This document shows, one piece after another, positions 8,542 to 17,683 of a DNA stretch of 64,000 bases. Where the stretch lies: NCBI GenBank assembly GCA_964603255.1, contig CAZRVA010000001.1:1177-65176 (forward strand), given 5' to 3'. Below the pieces are notes generated by a model. It made no database searches. It had not been told where the DNA came from and worked only from the letters and a program-made list of their open reading frames with translations. This DNA comes from an uncultured Chitinophaga sp. GTDB taxonomy: Bacteria > Bacteroidota > Bacteroidia > UKL13-3. Each line of letters opens with the position of its first letter. Position 1 is the first letter of the stretch. Both the position numbers and the translations under genes were made by a program.

Positions 8542-11500
8542 CTATTGTTTGATAAGTTTACTTATTTGTGTTGCACCAGAAGCATTTACTTTAATAAAGT
8601 ATACCCCTTGTGATAAATTTGATAAACCATCAACAATTAATGTTTGATTATTTTGATTTACCATTTGCTCTTTGGTTGTTATCAATCTTCCACTAATATC
8701 CAACACTTCAATTTTAACCATTCCAGCTTTTACATTTTGAAGTTCAATAGTCACCTTATCAGTAAATGGATTAGGATAAGTTACAACCGTTACATTTTCA
8801 ATTTCATTGTTATCAACTACAACAATTTGGCTGTAAGTATACTTACCATCATTATCCATTTGTTTTAAGCGGTAGTATAATTTACTTACTCCTGTTGTTA
8901 CAAATGCATTTGCATCTTCAAATCTGTAGTTGTTGGTTACGCTTGAATTACCCATTCCTTTCACAAAACCTACATATTCAAATGCGTTTCCGTCAATACT
9001 ACGCTCTACATTGAAACCACGGTTGTTTACTTCGCTTGCTGTTGTCCAGCTCACTAATACATCATCGTTTACTTTGGTTGCTTTCAAGCTAACTAATTTA
9101 ACCGGTGTAGTGGTGGTGTTGCTGCTGATAGCACCTGCAAAGCTAATGTGCATGTACTTACCGTTGTATTCGTATACATCAAATGTATAACCTGTTAATT
9201 GTGTTAAACCTGTTACGTTTACACTTGTACCATTACCCATGTAAACAATAAAGTTACCGGTACCTGTTGTATTAGCAGAACCGAATACTGCACTTGCACC
9301 ATATAATGCATTATTGGTTGGCGCAACAGCTAAGGTTGATGATAAACGGGCTACAACCATGCGGCCTTGACCATTACCTGCGGTAAAGTTTACTGTTGCA
9401 CTGGTTGCACTTGGTGTAACTGTTACATTGCTGGCTGCTGTGGTTGGCGTTGTTACATTTACTACCTCAATATCATCTATTGCCCATCCTTCATCTGTAA
9501 CATAGGTATCAGAAATAAATCTGAATCTAAAACGAACATTAGCCTGTCCTGCTGCGCCCACTAATCTGAACGCACTTTGAATCCATCCGTTGGTTTGACT
9601 TGCATAAACGCTGCCAGAACCAACATCATTTGAGAAGTAAGGAGGGATTAATATACCGCCATTAGGAACGTTGTTCGTATTATCGTTGTACCATGCATAG
9701 CTATTTGTAGTATTGAAGTTACCACCCGTACCCACTAGACTATCAACACGAGTCCAGAAACCGCCATTGATCGATCGTTCAACAATTAAACCGTCCCACT
9801 CTGCTTCACTCTTGAACTTATGATAGAAACGAACAATTGGATCTGTTGTACTTGACGTAAAATCAAATTGAGGAGAAACCAATGATGCATCATGATCAAT
9901 GTCATAGCTACCTATTAGCTTCGTAGCCCATGCTTTGGTTCCACTTCTTGCTCCATTTAGATAAGTCTTGTTTGGTGTTCCCAACGTCCAATTGTTATTG
10001 GTAACTATACCAATAACCCAATTTATACTAGTATTAGTTGATGTTAATGCTGACGACCAGCCTGTATTTACGTTACCCTCAAAATCCTGAGTATAAGGTA
10101 ACGTGCTTATTATAGGAGAGGTTGTAAAACTATCTTCCACACTATATCCAGTACCTATGCTATTACTTGCATAAGCTCTGAAATAATATTTTGTTGAATG
10201 TGTAAGTGATGAAGCGTTTATATTGTAGATGCCTGATAGAACTGCAGGAGAAGTTGGCACATCTACTACACCTGTTCCAAACAAGGTTGGATTCGGTGTC
10301 GTTGAGTACACCACACCACTTGCTATTACTGTAGAACCTCCATCAGAAGTAATATTACCACCTAGGGTTGCTGTTGTGGTGCTGATTGCTAGAGGAGTTA
10401 ATTTTAGTACAGATGGAACAACCGCTTGGGCATTAGTTGTAAAAGTACTGTCTGCACCATAAGATGTTCCTAATGCGTTAACTGCATAAGCTCTGTAATA
10501 ATAAGTCGTTGCTAAGGTCAATCCAGTTATGTTACGCAAGAAACTACCAGATGTTACCAATGGATTGGTTGCTGAATCAATTACACCGGCTGTACCTCTT
10601 GTTGGATTTGGAGAAGTTGACAATACGATACCGCTTGCAGTTACAGCGTTTCCACCGTTATTTAAAATCGTACCTGATAATGTAACTGTGCTAGTGGTAA
10701 TACCAGTCTTAGTTCCAGTTGATACAATAGGTGCAGAAGGCGCAAACAACTCAATATCATCTATTGCCCAACCATCATTCTCTACGCTACCATCTGTTAC
10801 AAAACGGAATCGTATTCTAACGTTGTTCTGTCCGGCTGTTCCCGGCAACACAATACTTGATGTAATCCATCCACTTGCTGCGGTTGAATATGCGTTACTA
10901 CTATTACCCCAAGTATTACCCTGAGCGGTAACATTGTACCATGCAGTTCCGTTAGTGGTATTGAAATTTGTTCCCGTACCAACAAAATTCTCAACTTTTG
11001 TCCATGCTCCACCATTAATTGATAACTCAAGCATACCGCCATCGCAGCATGATTCTGTAATAAACTTATGCTTAAATCTAAGTATTGGATTACTTGTCAT
11101 TGCGCTTAAATCTAACTGAGGTGATGTGATAGCTGCATTATGACTAGTTGAGTAATTACCAGATAACTTAGTTACCATCGCATTTGGTGCTGAAAACGCT
11201 GATGACAAGAATGTTTTTGTCGGTGCTCCAATAACCCAATCATTAAGGGTTCCTGTAACAGGGGCTGATGTCCATCCGCTATTCATTGTGGTATCAAAGT
11301 TTTGGAAGTATGGCAAAGCACTAACTACAGGTGCTGTTGTAAAGCTATCCTGAGCGCTATAAGCGGTTCCGATACTATTGGTTGCGTAAGCTCGGTAGTA
11401 ATACTTGGTTGAATGAACTAAACCAGCCGTTGTTATTGAGAATGTTCCTAAAGTTACAACAGGGGTTGTTGTTGAATCTACAACTCCGGTTCCAAACAGC

Positions 11501-14500
11501 GTTGGGTTAGGAGTAGTTGAGTAAACGATTCCACTTGCTGTTACAGCAGAACCACCATCACTGGTAATGTTTCCGCCAACAGTTGCACCGTAAGCCTGAA
11601 CGTTTGTAGCTGATGTTCTTAGTACTGTAGGTGCAACCGCAGAAGCATTGGTTGTGAATGTACTATCTGCTCCATAACTAGTTCCCATGCCATTTACAGC
11701 ATATGCACGATAATAGTAGGTTGTTGCAACTGATAAATTAGCCACGTTTAAGGTAAACTGACCACCGCTTACCAATGGATTAGTTGCTGAATCAATAACA
11801 CCAAAACCACCGCGAACAGGTGAAGGTGAAGTACTTATAACAATACCACTTGCTGTAATAGTAGCGTTACCATTTCCGGTGATATTACCAGCTAAAGTAG
11901 CCGCACTTGTTGTAACATTGGCAAAAGTACCTGTAACAACTGTTGGGGTAGTTGGTGGAAACACCTCGATATTATCAACTGCCCAACCCTCTTGTGTACC
12001 AAAGAAAGTGTATGTAGTTGATGCAAAACGCAATCTAAAGCGTACGTTTGACTGACCAGCAGCACCTGTTAACCTTGTGGTGGTTTGCACCCATCCGTTT
12101 ACTTGTGATGAATATCCATTTGATGAGCCTGAGAAATTAGCACCGATAGTTGGTGTCCAGAATCCATTTGATGCGTTATTGTACCATGTTGTACTGGTAG
12201 CTGTATTGAAATTTGTCCCTGTGCCCACTAGGTTGTCCAATTGAGTCCAAGAGTTACCACCATTTGTTGAAATCTCAACAATAGCGCCATCTACACCTGA
12301 AACAGCAGAAATTTTATGACGGAATCTTAAGATTGGATCTGCAGTTTGGTTGGTAAAATCGAACTGAGGAGACAGAATATAAGCATCAACAGCATTACTG
12401 TAATTACCTGTTAATTTTGTAACCCATGCCTTTGGTGCCGAGTATGCACCATTAATAAACGTTTTTGCTGGTGTACCTAACTGCCAATCGTTAACACCCA
12501 AACCTAACGAAGAAGAAGTCCAAGGAGTGTAAGAAGAATCGAAATTCTCGTTGTATGGTAAAGTTGTAACAATAGGTTGTGTAAGGAAACTATCTAATAC
12601 ACTGTATCCGGTACCCACACTATTGGTTGCATATGCGCGATAATAGTATTTTGTTGCAGGTGTCAAGCCAGCTGGTGTAATAGTATATTGACCAATGGTA
12701 ACCACTGGTGTTGTTGTAGAATCCACAACCCCAACACCAGATAACAATGGATTGTTGGTTGTTGAATATACAAAACCACTTGCAGTTACAGTAGATCCAC
12801 CATCAGAGGTGATGTTAGCTCTTAAACCGGCTGTTGTTGTATTTACATTTATTGCGTCAAGACGGACAACCGTAGGAACTACACTTACAGCATTTGTCGT
12901 GAAAATACTGTCTACACCGTAACTTGTACCAACTGCATTTACAGCATATGCACGATAATAATATGTAGTTGCCAAAGTAAGGTTAGCAGCATTTAGATTA
13001 AATGCACCGTTAATCACAACCGGGCTTGTTGCCGTGTCTATTACGCCAATACCACCTCTTACAGGTGATGGAGAAGTAGAAAGTACAAAACCACTTGCTG
13101 TTATTGTACTACCTCCATTATCAGTAATTGTTCCTGAGAGATTAGCTAGATTGGTTGTAATATTTGAACTTGTGCCGGTAACAACTGTTGGTGCACTAGG
13201 GGCAAATACTTCGATGTTATCAATTGCCCATCCCTCTTCAACTGCGCTACCATCAGTAACAAAGCGGAAGCGAATTTTTACATTTGATTGACCGGCAGCT
13301 CCAGGTAGAGCAATGCTACTGGTAATCCAACCATTTACTGCACTCGAATAAGCAGTGCTTTGATTACCCCATGAGTTACCTTGAGCTCCTACGTTATACC
13401 ATGCAGTTCCGTTTACCGTGTTGAAGTTTCCTCCAGCTCCTAAAGTGTTTTCTACTTTTGTCCAGGCACCACCATTTATTGAGATTTCTAAGATACCACC
13501 ATCACAGCAAGATTCTGTTCTAAATTTATGTTTAAATCTCAAAATCGGATTTGCTGTCATTCCCGTAAAGTCAAATTGTGGCGATACAAGAGCAGCATTG
13601 TGGTTATCGTTGTAATTTGTTGTTAATCCGGTAATCCAAGCATTTGGAGCAGAGAAAGCAGCAGATATGTTTGCCTTAGCTGGAGTTCCTAATACCCAAT
13701 TATTAAATGTACCACCAACTACATTTGATGTCCAACCAGTATTTACAGCGGTATCAAAATTTTGTTGATATGGTAATGCATTTACAACCGGAGCAGTTGT
13801 AAAGGTTCCTTGTGTACCATAAGCAGTACCAACACTGTTGGTGGCGTATGCACGGAAATAATAAGTTGTTGATGGTGTGAGACCAAGCAGGTTAAAATTA
13901 TAGATGCCACTGGTAAGCAATGGAGTTGTTGTTGAATCGATAACGCCTAAACCGCCAACTGCAGGATTGGCACTTGTACTAAATACCACACCACTTGCAG
14001 TTATTGCAGCACCACCATCTAATGTGATGTTTAGACCAACGTTGGCATTATAAGCTCCTACTGCAGTTGCATTTATTGTGGCAACAGTAGGTACAGATGC
14101 TGATAAATTGGTTGTGAAAGTACTGTCGGCACCGTAAGTAGTGCCTAGTGAATTTATTGCATAGGCACGATAATGGTAGGTAGTACCAACATTTAACCCT
14201 GTAAATAATCTTGTGAAATTACCAGATCCAACTGTTGGACTTGTGACAGAATCAATAACACCAGTTCCACCAATTGTTGGATTGGCTGATGTACCAACCA
14301 CTATACCGCTTGTTGTTACAGCAGGAAATGCGCCAGGAGCAATAAATCCTGCTAAACTGGCTTGATTTGTAGTAATACCAGAGGCTGATCCAGTTGCAAC
14401 AACCGGAGCACCTGGTACTGGAGGATTGAACTGATAAATTTGACCATTAGCCGGTTTAACACCAATTGATGTTGTTTCAGTTGTTGAACTGGCCGTAGGT

Positions 14501-15159
14501 GCATTGGTAGTATTATTTAAAGATAAAAAGTTACCCGAACCAGTAGCAACACCAGAGATACCTATTGATGCTGATCCAAATCCTAATGGAGTAGACTCTT
14601 GTCTGTAAATAAACTGAATTGCTCCAGAGTTTTTAAATAATTTTACCTGAAAGGAAATTACCGGACCACCTGTCCAATTCCAATCAACATTAAGCCATTC
14701 TGCAGTAAAAACACTGTCAGTTCCACTGCTAATGGCTTCACTTTTGTAGGTAAAAGTAGTTCCTGTACCGTTGTGGTCATCCCAAAGAGGCGACAAAACC
14801 GGACGAGCACCCACAAGTCCATTGCTTACATTGTTGGTCCAGGTTGTTTGGGTCATTGATCCTACCAAACTTAACCAACCATTTGTACATGCTGCAGCTG
14901 ATGTGTAGGTTCCACCAGCATAATTGAATGCAAATCCTATTGGAATATTATTCCAATAGCCATCATCGGTGTTACCACCACTTAGTGTGGCTGGCGTGGT
15001 TCCTCCAGTAATTGGCGTGAATGTTCCTGAGGTTGCAGAGAACACGTAATTAGAAACTTGTTGGGCATGCGTAATAAATACGCTTGCACCAAACAAAACT
15101 GCCAGGAAAGCCAATTTTAGGCTTCCCCACCTTCGTTTTAGTGTAGTGTTTGTTTTCAT
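8542..15159 (-). CDS. Giant secreted cell-surface protein (2205 aa) with four tandem modules of FN3-like pairs plus MAM/galactose-binding-like domains and a type-A T9SS C-terminal sorting domain; putative adhesin
   Basis: ATG at 15159 with signal peptide MKTNTTLKRRWGSLKLAFLAVLFGASVFITHA|QQVSNY. There are four repeats of ...PILRFKHKF.[TS]ESCCDGG.LE.SINGG.WTKVEN...GWAIDNIEVF... separated by FN3-like YYYRAYA.N..GTSYG units. The C-terminus TYPNPFTDKVTIEL...GVYFIKVNASGATQISKLIKQ is a T9SS CTD. The termini are paralogous to the 822..8105 protein. Confidence 0.88.
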   Translation of the reverse strand: MKTNTTLKRRWGSLKLAFLAVLFGASVFITHAQQVSNYVFSATSGTFTPITGGTTPATLSGGNTDDGYWNNIPIGFAFNYAGGTYTSAAACTNGWLSLVGSMTQTTWTNNVSNGLVGARPVLSPLWDDHNGTGTTFTYKSEAISSGTDSVFTAEWLNVDWNWTGGPVISFQVKLFKNSGAIQFIYRQESTPLGFGSASIGISGVATGSGNFLSLNNTTNAPTASSTTETTSIGVKPANGQIYQFNPPVPGAPVVATGSASGITTNQASLAGFIAPGAFPAVTTSGIVVGTSANPTIGGTGVIDSVTSPTVGSGNFTRLFTGLNVGTTYHYRAYAINSLGTTYGADSTFTTNLSASVPTVATINATAVGAYNANVGLNITLDGGAAITASGVVFSTSANPAVGGLGVIDSTTTPLLTSGIYNFNLLGLTPSTTYYFRAYATNSVGTAYGTQGTFTTAPVVNALPYQQNFDTAVNTGWTSNVVGGTFNNWVLGTPAKANISAAFSAPNAWITGLTTNYNDNHNAALVSPQFDFTGMTANPILRFKHKFRTESCCDGGILEISINGGAWTKVENTLGAGGNFNTVNGTAWYNVGAQGNSWGNQSTAYSSAVNGWITSSIALPGAAGQSNVKIRFRFVTDGSAVEEGWAIDNIEVFAPSAPTVVTGTSSNITTNLANLSGTITDNGGSTITASGFVLSTSPSPVRGGIGVIDTATSPVVINGAFNLNAANLTLATTYYYRAYAVNAVGTSYGVDSIFTTNAVSVVPTVVRLDAINVNTTTAGLRANITSDGGSTVTASGFVYSTTNNPLLSGVGVVDSTTTPVVTIGQYTITPAGLTPATKYYYRAYATNSVGTGYSVLDSFLTQPIVTTLPYNENFDSSYTPWTSSSLGLGVNDWQLGTPAKTFINGAYSAPKAWVTKLTGNYSNAVDAYILSPQFDFTNQTADPILRFRHKISAVSGVDGAIVEISTNGGNSWTQLDNLVGTGTNFNTATSTTWYNNASNGFWTPTIGANFSGSSNGYSSQVNGWVQTTTRLTGAAGQSNVRFRLRFASTTYTFFGTQEGWAVDNIEVFPPTTPTVVTGTFANVTTSAATLAGNITGNGNATITASGIVISTSPSPVRGGFGVIDSATNPLVSGGQFTLNVANLSVATTYYYRAYAVNGMGTSYGADSTFTTNASAVAPTVLRTSATNVQAYGATVGGNITSDGGSAVTASGIVYSTTPNPTLFGTGVVDSTTTPVVTLGTFSITTAGLVHSTKYYYRAYATNSIGTAYSAQDSFTTAPVVSALPYFQNFDTTMNSGWTSAPVTGTLNDWVIGAPTKTFLSSAFSAPNAMVTKLSGNYSTSHNAAITSPQLDLSAMTSNPILRFKHKFITESCCDGGMLELSINGGAWTKVENFVGTGTNFNTTNGTAWYNVTAQGNTWGNSSNAYSTAASGWITSSIVLPGTAGQNNVRIRFRFVTDGSVENDGWAIDDIELFAPSAPIVSTGTKTGITTSTVTLSGTILNNGGNAVTASGIVLSTSPNPTRGTAGVIDSATNPLVTSGSFLRNITGLTLATTYYYRAYAVNALGTSYGADSTFTTNAQAVVPSVLKLTPLAISTTTATLGGNITSDGGSTVIASGVVYSTTPNPTLFGTGVVDVPTSPAVLSGIYNINASSLTHSTKYYFRAYASNSIGTGYSVEDSFTTSPIISTLPYTQDFEGNVNTGWSSALTSTNTSINWVIGIVTNNNWTLGTPNKTYLNGARSGTKAWATKLIGSYDIDHDASLVSPQFDFTSSTTDPIVRFYHKFKSEAEWDGLIVERSINGGFWTRVDSLVGTGGNFNTTNSYAWYNDNTNNVPNGGILIPPYFSNDVGSGSVYASQTNGWIQSAFRLVGAAGQANVRFRFRFISDTYVTDEGWAIDDIEVVNVTTPTTAASNVTVTPSATSATVNFTAGNGQGRMVVARLSSTLAVAPTNNALYGASAVFGSANTTGTGNFIVYMGNGTSVNVTGLTQLTGYTFDVYEYNGKYMHISFAGAISSNTTTTPVKLVSLKATKVNDDVLVSWTTASEVNNRGFNVERSIDGNAFEYVGFVKGMGNSSVTNNYRFEDANAFVTTGVSKLYYRLKQMDNDGKYTYSQIVVVDNNEIENVTVVTYPNPFTDKVTIELQNVKAGMVKIEVLDISGRLITTKEQMVNQNNQTLIVDGLSNLSQGVYFIKVNASGATQISKLIKQ
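9400..14350 (-). repeat. Intragenic tandem coding repeats (higher-order repeat: two ~2.46-kb units, each containing two diverged ~1.3-kb sub-repeats)
   Basis: The protein-level repeats listed above are mirrored by homologous antisense ORF-track fragments offset by ~2.46 kb (10229..10462 vs 12695..12922; 10934..11119 vs 13418..13615). Boundaries are approximate. Confidence 0.6.
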
Positions 15160-15264
15160 ATGTTTTTAATTTTTGTTGTTTTTAAAATAAACAGGCAATA
15201 GAATCACCAAGGGCTTTAGTAATCTGAAATTGGTGTTTTAAAAATTTTGATTAGCTACCAGATG

Positions 15265-15402
15265 CTATTCGTTCCAAAGGGTAGTATTACAGGCAGGTTT
15301 TATTCCTCTGTATAAGGAAGGTTTGGCACCAAAGCATACCTTTGATGCCGCAATCGATGTTGAGTAAAGATTATTCCGTGGAGTAGTTTTTTTGTTAGGC
15401 AT
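15265..15402 (-). CDS. Small conserved upstream ORF (45 aa, MPNKKTTPRNNLYSTSIAASKVCFGAKPSLYRGIKPACNTTLWNE) 105 nt upstream of the second giant T9SS gene
   Basis: Hand translation of the reverse strand gives an ATG..TAG ORF. Its C-terminus PSLYRGIKPACNTTLWNE* is paralogous to PSVYRGVRKAHNTTCWNE* at 8188..8292. Confidence 0.4.
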   Translation of the reverse strand: MPNKKTTPRNNLYSTSIAASKVCFGAKPSLYRGIKPACNTTLWNE

Positions 15403-15510
15403 ATCAACCAAATAATGGAATAACGAATATGCGGAACCTATTCGAAAGAAAACACTTAATTAATCTTAAATCTTAGTGCCCAAATACAAACTAATCCAAA
15501 TAAAATCGAA

Positions 15511-16395
15511 TTAAAGTTGATTTGTGTTGAATGATTTACCAAGTATGATTGGGAGGTTTAAATCTTGATGCCCTGCAGGGAAATTAAATATTACAGGATA
15601 ATTATATTCTTTTATTGTCTCTGATATTATCTGCTCAGCATTTAATCCAAAAGGAACTAAATTATCCTTCATATCACTCATTCCACCTACAATCAGGCCT
15701 GCAAGATTGCTTAACTTACCTGCACGTTTTAATGCTTGCATCATCCGATCAACATGATAGAGGTATTCGTCTAAATCTTCTAGAAATAATATCTTACCAT
15801 TGGTATCAATATCACTTGCAGAGCCAAGTAAACTGTAAATAACAGATAAGTTCCCTCCTACAATTTCTGCTGTTACTTCTCCTGGTTTATTAAGATCGTT
15901 TTGTGTAATTGGGTATGTTATTTCATCATCACCCATTAAAACAGATTTAAGCGCCAATACACTCTGCATATTTATGTTGTGCGCTTGCATATTGATGGGC
16001 ATTGTAGCGTGCAGCGTGCACCAATTGCTGTTAGCATGAACATGATTGTGTAACACCGTAATATCACTGTAACCAATCAGCCATTTAGGATATTTATCTA
16101 AATAAGAGAAATCAATTTTATCAATAATACGCACTGTTCCATAACCACCGCGTGCAAAAATTATAGCCTTAATATCTGGGGTTTGTAAATAGCTGTTTAA
16201 AACAAATGCCCTTGTATCATCATCTCCTGCAAATTGATTTTTAACTGAAAATAAATCAGGATGTAAAATCACCTTCAAACCCCAGCTTTCAAATATATCT
16301 ATGGCATGTTGCAGCTCCTCTAAACTTATTTTTCTGGCAGATGCAGCTATGGCAATTTGATCACCCGGTTTTAATTTTGGTGGTATGTTACGCAT
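15511..16395 (-). CDS. ldcA: LD-carboxypeptidase (peptidase S66, muramoyltetrapeptide carboxypeptidase-like)
   Basis: 294 aa. Family-typical N-terminal region GDQIAIAASARKIS..., a central Ser-containing GYSDITVLH motif, and the expected overall length and architecture. Confidence 0.75.
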   Translation of the reverse strand: MRNIPPKLKPGDQIAIAASARKISLEELQHAIDIFESWGLKVILHPDLFSVKNQFAGDDDTRAFVLNSYLQTPDIKAIIFARGGYGTVRIIDKIDFSYLDKYPKWLIGYSDITVLHNHVHANSNWCTLHATMPINMQAHNINMQSVLALKSVLMGDDEITYPITQNDLNKPGEVTAEIVGGNLSVIYSLLGSASDIDTNGKILFLEDLDEYLYHVDRMMQALKRAGKLSNLAGLIVGGMSDMKDNLVPFGLNAEQIISETIKEYNYPVIFNFPAGHQDLNLPIILGKSFNTNQL

Positions 16396-16400
16396 GTTTG

Positions 16401-17519
16401 TTAGGTGTACTTTTCATCGTACTTAATTTTCATGTCAGCTACCATTTGTTTTACCTCTTGCTCTTTGTTTTTATCACAAATCATTAATACATCTTCTGTA
16501 TCAACTACAATAAGGTTTTGCACACTGTTTAGTACAACAACTTTACCTTTTGCGGCATGCGAACTTACCATACAATCGCTGCTGTTGTATACGTGAATTT
16601 GTTTACCATCAATCGCGTTTCTATTATCATCTTTGGTAGCAAAATTTTCGTACAATGAGGTCCATGTTCCCAAATCACTCCATCCAAAATCGCTTGGTAT
16701 TACAAACACGTTATCTGCCTTTTCTAAAATTCCGTAATCAATAGAAATTGATCTGCATTGCTCGTATATACCTTGTATGGCAGCGGCCTCTGCAGGTGTG
16801 CCAAAACTTTTTGATGCTAAATTAAACAACTCATAATGTTCAGGCATCAGCGCTTTAAAAGCAGATCTAATAGCAGAACCACTCCAAATAAAAATGCCGG
16901 CATTCCACAAAAAGTCGCCACTATCAATAAAAGTTTGTGCAAGCTCTAAAGTTGGTTTTTCGGTAAAAGTTTTCACTTTAAAAATACCCTCATTTACCAT
17001 GTTATCGTCATGATATTGTATGTAACCATAACCAGTATCAGGCCTACTTGGTCTTATGCCTAAGGTTACCAATACCGGATTTTTTTGAGCATATTCCAAT
17101 CCAAATGCTAGATTTTTCACGAAACTTACTTCATCCATAATTAAATGATCGCTTGGTGCAACTACGCAAAGCGCATGGGTGTTTATTTCATGAATTTTAG
17201 CACTTGCGTAAGCAATACAAGCAGCTGTGTTTTTTGCTGATGGTTCACCTAAAACACAATTGATATCAATATCAGGAATTTGCTCTAACACCAATGGAAT
17301 GTAACTTTGGTTGGTTACAATGTAAATATTCTCCTTGTTGAAGTGCTTTAAAAACCTTTCGTATGTTGATTGTAAAAGGGTTTTTCCTACACCCAAAATA
17401 TCTAAAAACTGTTTAGGTCTCTGAGTTCTGCTGTAAGGCCAAAATCTACTTCCAATGCCACCCGCCATAATAATGGCGTAGTGATTTTTGTTCTTCTCCA
17501 TGCTGTTGATAAAAATCAT
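16401..17519 (-). CDS. manC: Mannose-1-phosphate guanylyltransferase (GDP-mannose pyrophosphorylase)
   Basis: Nucleotidyltransferase N-terminus HYAIIMAGGIGSRFWPYSRTQRPKQFL is typical of ManC/CpsB. An alternative start at MEKNK (17501) is possible. Confidence 0.8.
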   Translation of the reverse strand: MIFINSMEKNKNHYAIIMAGGIGSRFWPYSRTQRPKQFLDILGVGKTLLQSTYERFLKHFNKENIYIVTNQSYIPLVLEQIPDIDINCVLGEPSAKNTAACIAYASAKIHEINTHALCVVAPSDHLIMDEVSFVKNLAFGLEYAQKNPVLVTLGIRPSRPDTGYGYIQYHDDNMVNEGIFKVKTFTEKPTLELAQTFIDSGDFLWNAGIFIWSGSAIRSAFKALMPEHYELFNLASKSFGTPAEAAAIQGIYEQCRSISIDYGILEKADNVFVIPSDFGWSDLGTWTSLYENFATKDDNRNAIDGKQIHVYNSSDCMVSSHAAKGKVVVLNSVQNLIVVDTEDVLMICDKNKEQEVKQMVADMKIKYDEKYT

Positions 17520-17683
17520 GTTTTATACCAATGTAGGAATGATGCTGATTTCATCATTAAAACACTATATTAGTTCATGCAAATAAAGATTTTAAAAAGC
17601 AAATTTTCAAAAAAGGATTTAAGGTGGTAATTTAGCGCCCCTTTTAACAAAAAATCAATTACTTAACTTAATAAATTGTGGAT

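Noticed and set aside
8644-13615. Plus-strand ORFs within giant gene 2 (e.g. 10229..10462, 10529..10924, 12695..12922, 13034..13291, 13418..13615)
   Set aside because: These are antisense artefacts. Their mutual similarity simply reflects the intragenic tandem repeats and does not indicate separate genes.
9400-14350. Possible CRISPR array suggested by the regular repeats
   Set aside because: The repeats are ~1.3-2.5 kb protein-coding modules inside one continuous ORF. They are not short direct repeats with unique spacers, and there are no cas genes.
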